Shown here one piece after another: positions 42,001-47,283 of a stretch of 64,000 nt of DNA (the first letter of the stretch is position 1; the number at the start of each line of letters is the position of its first letter). The translations under genes were made by a program, and so were the position numbers. The DNA lies in the IMG/VR virus record IMGVR_UViG_3300029266_001112, positions 6,972 to 70,971 of that record; one strand, given 5' to 3'. The notes under the pieces are model-generated. The model worked only from the letters and a program-made list of their open reading frames with translations. It made no database searches and had not been told where the DNA came from. Origin of the DNA: a virus.

Positions 42001-42591
42001 AGTTCTGGCGCATTGTGGTTTGATCCAGAAACACTTGAAACCTACGTTTATTACACTGATAGTGACAACACAGCACAATGGGTTAAATCTAATCCAACTG
42101 GATTATCCAACTCTAGTGTTGTGCATCTTATTGATAGTGCTTATGTTGCGGCAAGAACTACTGCTGGAACTGACAGTGCATCAATTGTTAATATGATTGA
42201 TAGTGCTTATGTTGCGGCAAGAACTACTGCTGGTACTGATAGTGCATCAATTATTAACATGATTGATAGTGCTTATGTTGCGGCAAGAGTAGATATTGCT
42301 TCTAATTGGACTGAGGTTACAACATCACCTATTACTGCGATTGCCAACCAAAGACTTCTCGTAAATACATCAACTGCTAAAACTATTCTTCTCCCAGGGG
42401 GTGCAGTTTTGGGTGATGAGATTAGATTTATTGATGCAACAGGCGAGGCAAGCACCAATAATATTACTATAAATAGGAATGGACACAAGATAGAAGCAAG
42501 TGATTCAGACTTGACTATTGATGTTTCTAGAGCGGCATTTGGATTAGTATATTATAATGTTGCAAATGGTTGGTTATTTACGGAGAAATAA
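27088..42591 (+). CDS. Giant (5167 aa) repetitive tail fibre/adhesin
   Basis: N-terminal IRIKRS..LKVGELAYS fibre anchor, DS repeats, YadA-head-like (AIG/SIG) repeats, APSTLNTLNELAAA..PLAGGTMTG fibre motif and a C-terminal GDEIRFID..NNITINRNG domain. Confidence 0.85.
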   Translation: MPATIRIKRSSTINVPENLKVGELAYSYAGTSDALFIGIGPEVDAQGTATRIAKIGGEAITSLFPDSDGIAQGGRLLQLDNDIGLNYLKLKSLAGDSGSFNNLSIDSAYVRFFNADSAVIKGLITDSAHIIFLEADSAYINNLRVDSAYVAYANIDSADIRFATLTEVDSAYIHDASIDSAYIQFADIDSAHIDNVSIDSAYVRYLDVDSAHIDDVSIDSAYIQFMDVDSGHIDNVTIDSAYIKFADIDSAHIDDVTIDSAYIQFMDVDSGHIDNVSIDSAYIKFADIDSAHIDDVSIDSAYIQFADIDSGHIDNVTIDSAYIKFADIDSAHIDNLDVDSAYIDYAKIDSAYISQLTVDSATITNATIPTSYQNLITGPAEIVIDPSGIGDNTGRVLIKGDLQVDGVQTIINSTVVTTNDKNILLADSAVDSAAADGAGITVFGKEFNSSVHGRGSIYYQASAAGFQGQVSPAPGLWKTTLPLDISGGLNIAGKLTGVTSIDADSANLVNLSGKYVAYDSGRIGQFTADSGSVIELTGVRSVYNLGYFDKTFVDSYYMNGAFDGGIISTITAQGRLKNDADFVRSSVASWTNVNGTLDGIHLNKEVINGTPAGADSSYYHLSLTNDGKIFARGLRIGEDVGRPTAPVDPAQLVYNTQLGRGLTHPHAFYGIELNDSQFISTLQTNKIKSDFSADSAKIGGANSIFDSVGYPGTSIFSVVGALDSNLVEIIKDGSINFQGDLYNQGVKYVGAGIFSKIFEPTDFEDVHFTPVRKTAAQGDAFQVGGRMGINTSRPAHAFDFRTNDGIFQVSGLFNSGAPHYALQSPATINAIPSSYQVFGDTDSDKSRMLWDPAKARFRAGYFNRGAILSTEMGLYSTAFGKNTKAKDYAFAQGDSSEALSSYSFASGYKSTIDNNSQYGIAMGAENTLANAQSGIAIGQLNQVLATKGIGIGKSNTGIAQNAIAIGDNQIASGNFSIAIGQGNQVTGTNSIAIGPSGNVIGGTNSVGIGVNHNISGSYNFGFGDGTIFNSTTNLSFAFGKNVEVGGDYSFGINLGTGAGASAFIPIPNNHDNFMSIQNGNVTIGSDSDLTRMATPVSSGTGNLYVTGDLIYSGTSLKLTPDGTLIQSSPWEDDGTRITYTNGGKPIGMHVSLPNTPIEAAGDRGFIFRGQYSGAYNTDISEGASFFDSAGGTTTSFSNFAANVSLMGYYPKGGIFRVGLINVADHRNDSMGAHSIGMGYHNKVNADYGVALGGNTTKVIGRYSIGLGGNLNEVTGEFSTALNGTGTKVKGNYSLALGGQGTTIVGNNSVSLSGGGTANYIKGANTFLIGFGNKDSAADNGTASGSPSSGTPYKNFFVGFDNIVDSNSHNIRENFVFGEGNKIATTNGKGNFIIGRDVVLTGSQSNQIILSNPTNDSTGVDNTKVAIGKHHAEYALDIRGTIRVGGDGVYRGDSFDSHESSIIINDQDIRDYIKGVDPTNAAIVIEQPNIALPTATVVNIEQSNPAVLVIRNTNGILTDGKTVKFDLPSLTQIGQFLNDSIFAVSPVVGGLGDSFLLYDGATYADAATRVAVNTIKGTTRQKGGGLGITLGTANPYVYGTTGTQYDSAQFDAAGATPTAEIEFGQYLALKNLPIVSGGGSAPAPSRFKTTVIMDSDLIVAGTVTLNDSAFIGKDLVVGGNLDLTTGYMKTGGYLDVNTYGIFGDSVTIGGNLSGVKVFTSTDSMTVGGNLTVAGSITGATNYVGSDSMTIGGDLTVAGAVSGVTTYVGADSMTVGGGLVVTKTVVTGTHITGGGDLTVAGAVSGVTTLVSSDSAIVGGNLTVAGAVSGVTTLVSSDSAIIGGNLTIGGGLSGITSLTASGPITFADSIRIGGSVRWLDNSDDDSFYIGNLSFDSYVLRPGSQILGAVLDYFDTDYVQQRVDSFNSWQIYPDAIVYNPSDKHKVVAIGITNNQAWTGWNPSLNGGGNAAYSHHLLKTGTTFSDVTDDSAITLASYNSRHTNFSSGLGDSVGLDIQGKINIRTADVNGDDYITNPPITFSGNGTTSTAWPNPPWLRQTGYIDQPYVRAQLDGQFLLDLFQQDASTAANSKEFFRGMLDSAYIISIWDSDYYWKHDSFNAVYIGAPGQLYDGTAANGFYYDGNIKLAINKRGDSSEYNLDLRGDARFEKNLVVEDSITMIGNLSGVVNLAMSGAIGTATTFKSTDSMTIGGDLTIVGSITGATNYVGSDSMIIGGDLTVAGAVTGVTRFVTSDSAIIGGSLKVESDLTIGGGLTSSSFFNIDSFVNIGGAVKLGSFNGRDSHLGLGVYDASQIKGKNGLYVGDSTHLRGGLKVLGHDNVLQEAYTFTIDSAYLQTKQTVTMNNTQIQNAFGPNDADSHVTLAFTDSPDFDFLKIKRTTVGGVTTLLLKGVDYDSIGNRTLFDSSQYGYGSPSHNLVTNANKLKNVYIKEPSLLATDTSIVGEEIVAIADSNGKKSIIIGSQIISLAGHAVPKDSNKFSDAGDSIQVNAGLALYGVTDPIVKLRAADGTLKGQLLKDRDFTIVDSYQIRVFTDIAITPGLFPTNYGTNDSSFLILGDKIDIQDRTPKLTSKSDFVGPTNLYGHVTLGNYDMANAAYPGYPHTGSKLTTHDSFIIKGGMHFESSGDPVIRNKIQFDGDVHVDSGKTWFFGPKKTLTHSIPADLNYRFESDGVGTATVPARIESDGGPNIANSFAQGTPIGTEAAKHHINTTDGYGHFSSIVAKTTFDSHLAITMDSHIVANVRINTDPLTLNAVSMTANDLIIRPGKTMFYGTQRQRAFKFLKHDSDGVGGLLNKFESDGTFNGTLRMNGATPYADSALNPRRHYHQGDSDFRLTLDSHIVEILQSPPLPEMNFTVPVNFSKNAIYGGTATFNDSAVFNGNFTLNTGNFTLDSTSVMTVGPPVYYYKYESDGTGAGTKTTHGLDVKNVYPDGQLYTRFQHFFDRSATHFQTFNSTKSDAQNVVYKYESDGSPIFGGKGRTTPNGVLHHAQTDSFGTVSNTGHLRHTSRIALDSHIVRIIDSDFIGVRLQTPWKIINATAGVTKKIFYDEQGAVIIGPQNLLAADDTDTRLVLDSGNVLFLSNNFQTGVTIGDADIDPIERGNIVNKGAEGRLMWIPQRGAFRVGALDLSGRSNDWKDSNVGYQSIAIGNNTKAAHYSTAIGYNVITGKVKEQSVGASKNNNYSVGIGQGITQEQRNSVAIGLGIHSTPVSLNQVYNKTNIVNIGHTIYSAGNNNTSIGYRIVAGKTTITPLPNDGSANDLTQIGRDLIAGTTSDRSVSIGYKNKVESRDTLAIGDDVNVQTSSTNGVGIGKTVKVKGSGVALGRNVQVKSGTGVIVGKDASVSGTNSVFVGSSGGTTNGGVAVGKSVYASNNAVAIGKNSKAVNSNALAFGQNVQSGSGGIAIGSTLVGRTGSVLIGKSGTQTGNYAVSVGSGLTSSTGSVALGANVNSGSYSVAMGKGNTSGSYAVSIGMGVTAGSYGVAIGLNNTASNYGVSIGKGNTAGTMSIVIGRDNVANSGTSAEPGVTVGVSNTNNTRANIFGASNTGNNDVSIYGSTNSGSNSSTNNTRYALIYGHGNTISSYNGLVYGKNNTVLRNGMAYGSGNDAKNEGITFGYDNEANMLSANTAYHSFAFGRGNTVDRNALAFGRDNVADNQGIAFGRNATATGVASGDGGISIGRNVSSFGPNAMAIGTNIVVGSAAATATNSIGIGLGTTSNTVSTNNTLSIQGGQVVIEQDQVNIVPATASIVKTEGAYGAGLNVTCTKLNENGRAGTKYGLEVNGPINVNGTDASGNLHDIYIQGMRLYNYIRYYGADSAWILSAADHDYVKSIVTKEYIRATSTSDTFFQKSTSAGSAHLVYNGGAGSFVGINLSNSGTSNTPGYLRYGLDSAGIYKTNVDYTLDVNGNLNVEGLTYQGDIILPTGGLDSSVYLNHYTNNIVYNIAADSAQVFFDSNYVQARGAFGGQTGNTNDSDYVFKMIDQEYIDNTITKVWPDSNYVHGSIDSSVGNSIIAFRVKHILAKHGDFAQSENAADAASGRGEAQFTNPTFWEPSFGTKVGIGKITHNHWDSNPSRSGVLTNLRSVGQTTVVAGAPVIDTLGTTTASLTHGIGLAVGGKVVIHGTQEPVTGAQERPALEIFNGHIEVNGEKLELKSPWIEGPSYVNYKPISKFIGVGQVAPNFNFDVAGKINADSGLFVNGIDIKNIYDSAWILSATDETYIKGIADSDYILTTLNATKHILPELDISYDLGSPTQRFRDLYLSSNSIKLGDVTINSGPTGLALSDSAGNLLKFGGIDSDAIAGFVDSDYVKSRADSAYVQSIITPVFIKTIADSAYVKLLADSDYIKTSADSDYIKLVADSDYVKSAADSAHILGIADSAWITSIADSAYVLGIADSAYVTTVIDAKLAATGHIIPALDSAFDLGSVTHKFKDLFLSGSTINLGGTKLKSTSNGVEISDSAGNKSKVLGVDSSATGSFIDSAYIRNKADSSYILGIADSAWITSIADSAYIKGIADSDYIKLLADSDYIKLVADSDYIKTAADSAYIQGFISTPYIKGIIDSAHINPITGIGTRTIDFGANKIYYNNTFAQTAQLPSATTYKGMFVWDNQAQLPKIAVGGNWMELARATDVRAIADSAAAALVNLAPSTLNTLNELAAAVGDDANFSTTITTSIAEKLPLAGGTMTGAIDMGANNITTTGKMLYSNVYATEGDLPSAGSYHGMFAHVHGTTRAYYAHAGNWITLANLSDASTDSATITNLIDSAYVAARTTAGTDSASIVNMIDSAYVAARSSGGGSYTSTITPYHYVSTANQTVFTGADATGDTLSYSANSVNVYVNGINLLKAIDYTTNGAGTTITLLSGTNVADDVVINALSQVGASDATIASAVSLTIDSAYIAARTTAGTDSASIINMIDSAYVAARTTAGTDSASIVNMIDSAYVAARTSGGLTISDNPPAAPSSGALWFDPETLETYVYYTDSDNTAQWVKSNPTGLSNSSVVHLIDSAYVAARTTAGTDSASIVNMIDSAYVAARTTAGTDSASIINMIDSAYVAARVDIASNWTEVTTSPITAIANQRLLVNTSTAKTILLPGGAVLGDEIRFIDATGEASTNNITINRNGHKIEASDSDLTIDVSRAAFGLVYYNVANGWLFTEK
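27400..28175 (+). repeat. Coding tandem repeat, 30-nt/10-aa period (DSAYIQFADI / DSAHIDNVSI)
   Basis: About 25 consecutive in-frame units, with near-identical longer DNA blocks. Confidence 0.9.
32200..33900 (+). repeat. Coding repeats, 72-nt/24-aa period (DS.TIGGDLTVAG..TG.T..V.S), in two clusters
   Basis: Near-exact duplication at ~32461-32610; second cluster at ~33600-33900. Confidence 0.8.
36560..38270 (+). repeat. YadA-head/Hep_Hag-like beta-roll repeats (also at ~29700-30250 and ~30780-31300)
   Basis: 12-14-aa units such as AVAIGKNSKAVNS and GVAIGLNNTASNY. Confidence 0.75.
40030..40820 (+). repeat. Coding repeats, 27-nt/9-aa period (ADSDYIKLV / ADSAYIKGI), in two clusters
   Basis: Repeated gcagattctgattacatcaagtta and related units. 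Confidence 0.85.
41400..42290 (+). repeat. Coding repeats, 66-nt/22-aa period (IDSAYVAARTTAGTDSASIVNM), in three clusters
   Basis: Near-identical DNA units at ~41400-41500, ~41800-41960 and ~42130-42290. Confidence 0.88.
42468..42475 (+). promoter_or_regulatory. Possible internal T4-type late promoter for the 42592 gene
   Basis: TATAAATA ~117 nt upstream of ATG 42592. Confidence 0.5.
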
Positions 42592-45500
42592 ATGAGTCTT
42601 GTAGTTATTGATAAAATTGACAGTCTTCCTACACTTGGTGTGCAGGAAGACGATGAAGCAGTGGTTGTAGAAGATAAAGCGATATATAGGCGTTTTGATT
42701 TAAGCACGATAACATCTTACTCTTGGGATTTTACTCCTAATGATACCTTGGATACAGGGTCAGCATTTAGTTCATTATCTGCTGGTTCTAATGATTCATT
42801 TTCTATAGAGTTTTTTAGTAACAGAAAAACCACTAATGAAGTGACAATATTTTCTGCTGGTAATCCTAGAATAGATTCTGTAGTAGACCTTTCTTCGGAA
42901 TCTAATTCGATACGACCATATGGTTTAACAAGCGCAGTGAAATTCGGCGCATATACTTCATCACCAACATCAGTTTATCTTGAAAGTAGTCTCGATTTTA
43001 TGTCAATAGATAGTTCTATTGATAGTTTGTCATTATTTGCGCCATTTACTATAGAATTTTGGTATAACAAATATAACACTTCACCAAGTACTGGCGGCAC
43101 TAAAGATGTTATCTTTGGTGCGAATAATAAAAGTTTAGTGGATGTTTTAACCATAGATGAAGCAGGAATTATTGTTAATAACATCAGATATTCTGGAAAT
43201 AATGCGTATACCCAGAATACTTGGGAACACACCGCTCTGACATATGATGGTTTTAATTATGGACTTTTTAAAAATGGAGATTCTATTCCATTAGTTATGA
43301 CACCAAACAATGACGTTGCATATGAAGGTCAAACTGGTGACGGTGGTATATCGTATTCTCACGATTCTGGTTTTATGACTATTTTCGAAATGGATAGGCG
43401 AAGATCATCATCGTGGCAAGTAAGAACAACAATGTCACCTACAGATAAAACTCTTTTTTATATGGGAAGTGTTGCAAATAGAGTACAATTACAGACTATA
43501 AATTCTGGGGCGAATCTAAAATTATCAGCGGGTGATGTGAATGGACCAGAACTCATAGTCGCGGCACCAAGTGATGGTAAGGTCCATACAATTTCTTGGG
43601 ATGTTCAAACTTTACCTGGCAGAGTGCGATTGTGGATTGATAGTAATTATCAAGGATCGAATTCAATTGCAGCAGCATTACCAGCGAACCAATGGGCAAT
43701 TACAGAAATCGCAAATGTGCCTGAGTTGAAATTCACAAGATCAAGTACTATGTTAGATTCTTCTACTAAATTAAGAACTGATGGTGCACAATATTATGAT
43801 TCGGCAATGTTTCCATACTCAACATTTAATGATGAAAGTGATGGAACTTATAATTATTATGTTGCCTATCCCTTGGTGCAGAAGGAGGAACAGAAAGCAT
43901 ACGGTTATGGTGCTGCTTGGAGGGCAGATCGAGTCAAATCCTATACTAGATACCAAGAGTTTGCTGCAGGATACTGTGGCAAGGTAGATGGTGCAAATCA
44001 GTACCATAATGTAGATAAACGATTTGGCAATTCGATACTGAATAATTACAACCACTTCAGTAGAGGGGGTGACGAGTGGATTGCTGCTGGAAAGAATATT
44101 CGCGCCATTAACGGAGGTCAATTAGGTGATTGGCTTCATGTCCCTAGAATGTATCTCAGTTCTTTGGGAGAGCATAATTGGTATTATAGAACTGGTTGGA
44201 CGAGGACAACCAGTGGAAGCAACTATGTAACTGTAAATAATATATCCATAATCCCCGGTGGCGACCAAACCTATTATTTTGAAATGGATAAGTCAAAGAA
44301 TCCATTGCGTCAAAGTCTTAATGGTTATGGTGTTCCCACCGAGAAAAGGTATGTTGATCCAGGTCGATGGTATGGAGATCAACAAAGAGCGTATCTCACT
44401 ATGGTTGCAACATCCAAGTTGGCGCGGTCATCTGCTATGGGCGATACACCTGAACTCTTTAAAGAAAACATAAATATTGCGATGGATAATTACTATCCTA
44501 GAAACGGTGCTGAGAGTACGCAAGTAAATTTTGGTTACGGATATATCTCTGGCGATTTTATTCGCACAAGTCATACTATACCTGCCCGCGGGACAAGAGG
44601 GGCAGAACCACTTAATGCAACCACAGGTCATACCGATGATGAGTTTTTTCTAGGTGGTTTTTTTCTTGTAAACAATAAGGACAATGCGGATGTCTCATAT
44701 ATCATATCTGAACCTGATAATAGAGTTTACTATTTTGCAAACTCTGTATATTTAGGATACCTAAATTTTCCTTCAAGTGTTGAACCTTATACGGTAATAA
44801 TACATAAAGGGCATAATATGTACTACTATGGCAACGCCCATAACGAGGAATCGCCATCACTTCCCGTAAGAAATCTAGCAGGTTATTACCCTCCCTACGG
44901 TTCTTACCATCATAACAGATGGGGTAGGTACTATGAACGGTCGTATTATTATAGTGGACCAGATTTTATTTGGAACAGGCACAATATCTTCAAAAAACTA
45001 AGAGTTGATCAAAATTCATGGGTATATGATCCTGTTACACAAATGGGTTTAATTCCATCAACAGATAGGAACTCAACTGCCTCTGGTGATGGTGCGTTTG
45101 GAATGGATTCTTTGGGGGATTCTTGGGAAGGTTCTCTAAAGAGCAATCTCATGTACAATACGCAATTATATACTGAGTATAAAGATGCTAATGTGACCGT
45201 GGGTGAATCGATAAGGAATAACCTTGGTGAAACGACAGGACTAGAATATGCAACAGCGTATGTTGCCAAAACTGGTGGTACTGTAGTTACTTATTCTGGC
45301 GCAAATGGTTCTAATATCAGAGCAGCGATAGATTTATTATCTGAGGGAGATGCTCTGGTCTTGCCAAGTGGAGCATATGACGTTAGTGGCGAATATGATG
45401 GTCGTTACTATGGTCTTCCAAGTCACGGAGAAGATAATCGGCAAGCAATATGGCGTCGAGATTATGTAGGATTTTTAGTTTGTGGGGAAACCAACAACCC

Positions 45501-47283
45501 CAATGATGTTCATCTTACTGCTAGGGGCGTTGATAGAATTTTTAATGGTAATGCTAGTGCAAATGCTCAGATAGCATTTTGCCATTTTATTCTTACTGGA
45601 AGTACATCCTATTGGTATGGTGATGTTATAGCAGATAATGCTATAGGACGCGCATTTAGATGTATTTTCAATTTCAACAATGGATACCAAGGGTGGAGAT
45701 TAGGTGGTCAAGAAAGTACATCTAAAATAATATTTGAAAATTGTTTGTTTATCAACTACAGGTACTGGTATGCTGCTGGACGGAATAATCCAAATCCCGA
45801 AATCACTGGGCGAGTAGACCTTATCACAGTCAAAAATTGCATATTTCAAAGAGGTGTTGGTCCAGCATTTCGTCCTGATCTGCCTACAGTGTCGCCTAGT
45901 TTTGTGGATAATGTATTACAAAATCAAAAAACTTTAGATGCAAACTTAACTACTAGGACAAACCCAATGTCCGAATGGATTTTGTCAGATTATACGGCAG
46001 GTTCTAAAAAACGATTTTTGCAAGACTTTATGATTCACGACATCAATAAATATCCTTTGGCATTCTCTATAGACTCAAGACCGTCTACAAACGATAGTAA
46101 TACAAATTTCATATTAGGTGCTAGAGTTACAGACGTAGCACTTTCTTATGGTACAGATGGTATAATTAAACATGGATTGCAACAAGATAGTATTCATAGT
46201 GTAGTAAGTACTCCAGGAGAGTGGATACACACATCATTAAACTATAGTGGAGATTCTAATGTATTGAGAACTTATATTGAGGGTATAAAAGTTGATAGTA
46301 GTTTGATAAATATTAATATAGACGCTTTAAGTACAAGTACAATATCATTTAACAAAATTGACTCGTATAATCCTTCCACTAATAATTATGATGTGACAAG
46401 TGGGAGTTTCTATCTAAAAGAATTTCGTTTAGTTAAAGGTCAAAGAAGAAGCGGTGATGATTTTTCGGAAACTATTATTGCTCAAGTTGCTTCAGCAGCA
46501 GACCAAGTTCAAGCAGCAGATGATATATTCATGACAAAGCATGATGGTAGTAATCCATTAGATTTGATAATTAGTCCTTACACTGCTGATGTGAAATCTT
46601 GGAGAAAAGTGGCAATAATGCCCCGTGGTATCGATTCTGCTTACATTGAAATTATTGATGGCAACAGCATGTTGGAATTACAAGAGGCAGATGATTATAG
46701 ACCAGTTAGGCAAATTGGAATAAAATATGAATCTGATGGTAGTGGTAATTCTACAGCAATACAAGAGTCTGATGGTTCGTATAATGGAACTATTACTGGA
46801 TATTACCATACTCAGACCATTCATCCTGATTCATCTCTTGCTTTTGCGAGATCAAGTTTTGTGATAACGCTTAAAGATTCCGATGATAATGGTGACAGTA
46901 TCCATTGGTCGTATTCCATAGAAAACTACAATAATAATATTTTACAAATTGGTCGTGATAGTCATAATACAACATTTTATCTTAAAGCATATGACATAAC
47001 AGAATCTAATATGAATCTTAGTTCATCGTTAAGATTTTTTGGAAAATCTACAGATTCGGTAAATAAGAGACCTATAATGGGAAGTTTAGATAGACCAATA
47101 GATTCATCTGCAACAGATATTCATATAAATTTTGGATATGATGGAAATCTTGGACTAGATATAGCATATCTTGGAGATAAGCAATATATGAGGTTAATAA
47201 CTATAGATAGCATATCTTCAACTTTTGATTCAAGCGGTTTTGTTTTTGATGCATTACCTTCTATAACTGGGGGTATAATATAA
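42592..47283 (+). CDS. Large receptor-binding/structural protein with LamG-like and beta-helix-like segments
   Basis: LamG-like FTIEFWY..NTWEHTALTYDG and GEWIHTSLNY..LKEFRLVKG; pectin-lyase-like start AAIDLLSEGDALVLPSGAY with IIFENCLF/TVKNCIF. Confidence 0.6.
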   Translation: MSLVVIDKIDSLPTLGVQEDDEAVVVEDKAIYRRFDLSTITSYSWDFTPNDTLDTGSAFSSLSAGSNDSFSIEFFSNRKTTNEVTIFSAGNPRIDSVVDLSSESNSIRPYGLTSAVKFGAYTSSPTSVYLESSLDFMSIDSSIDSLSLFAPFTIEFWYNKYNTSPSTGGTKDVIFGANNKSLVDVLTIDEAGIIVNNIRYSGNNAYTQNTWEHTALTYDGFNYGLFKNGDSIPLVMTPNNDVAYEGQTGDGGISYSHDSGFMTIFEMDRRRSSSWQVRTTMSPTDKTLFYMGSVANRVQLQTINSGANLKLSAGDVNGPELIVAAPSDGKVHTISWDVQTLPGRVRLWIDSNYQGSNSIAAALPANQWAITEIANVPELKFTRSSTMLDSSTKLRTDGAQYYDSAMFPYSTFNDESDGTYNYYVAYPLVQKEEQKAYGYGAAWRADRVKSYTRYQEFAAGYCGKVDGANQYHNVDKRFGNSILNNYNHFSRGGDEWIAAGKNIRAINGGQLGDWLHVPRMYLSSLGEHNWYYRTGWTRTTSGSNYVTVNNISIIPGGDQTYYFEMDKSKNPLRQSLNGYGVPTEKRYVDPGRWYGDQQRAYLTMVATSKLARSSAMGDTPELFKENINIAMDNYYPRNGAESTQVNFGYGYISGDFIRTSHTIPARGTRGAEPLNATTGHTDDEFFLGGFFLVNNKDNADVSYIISEPDNRVYYFANSVYLGYLNFPSSVEPYTVIIHKGHNMYYYGNAHNEESPSLPVRNLAGYYPPYGSYHHNRWGRYYERSYYYSGPDFIWNRHNIFKKLRVDQNSWVYDPVTQMGLIPSTDRNSTASGDGAFGMDSLGDSWEGSLKSNLMYNTQLYTEYKDANVTVGESIRNNLGETTGLEYATAYVAKTGGTVVTYSGANGSNIRAAIDLLSEGDALVLPSGAYDVSGEYDGRYYGLPSHGEDNRQAIWRRDYVGFLVCGETNNPNDVHLTARGVDRIFNGNASANAQIAFCHFILTGSTSYWYGDVIADNAIGRAFRCIFNFNNGYQGWRLGGQESTSKIIFENCLFINYRYWYAAGRNNPNPEITGRVDLITVKNCIFQRGVGPAFRPDLPTVSPSFVDNVLQNQKTLDANLTTRTNPMSEWILSDYTAGSKKRFLQDFMIHDINKYPLAFSIDSRPSTNDSNTNFILGARVTDVALSYGTDGIIKHGLQQDSIHSVVSTPGEWIHTSLNYSGDSNVLRTYIEGIKVDSSLININIDALSTSTISFNKIDSYNPSTNNYDVTSGSFYLKEFRLVKGQRRSGDDFSETIIAQVASAADQVQAADDIFMTKHDGSNPLDLIISPYTADVKSWRKVAIMPRGIDSAYIEIIDGNSMLELQEADDYRPVRQIGIKYESDGSGNSTAIQESDGSYNGTITGYYHTQTIHPDSSLAFARSSFVITLKDSDDNGDSIHWSYSIENYNNNILQIGRDSHNTTFYLKAYDITESNMNLSSSLRFFGKSTDSVNKRPIMGSLDRPIDSSATDIHINFGYDGNLGLDIAYLGDKQYMRLITIDSISSTFDSSGFVFDALPSITGGII

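Noticed and set aside
27400-42290. Regularly spaced DNA repeats as a CRISPR array
   Set aside because: Periods are multiples of 3, in frame within one ORF, with synonymous variation; there are no unique spacers or cas genes.
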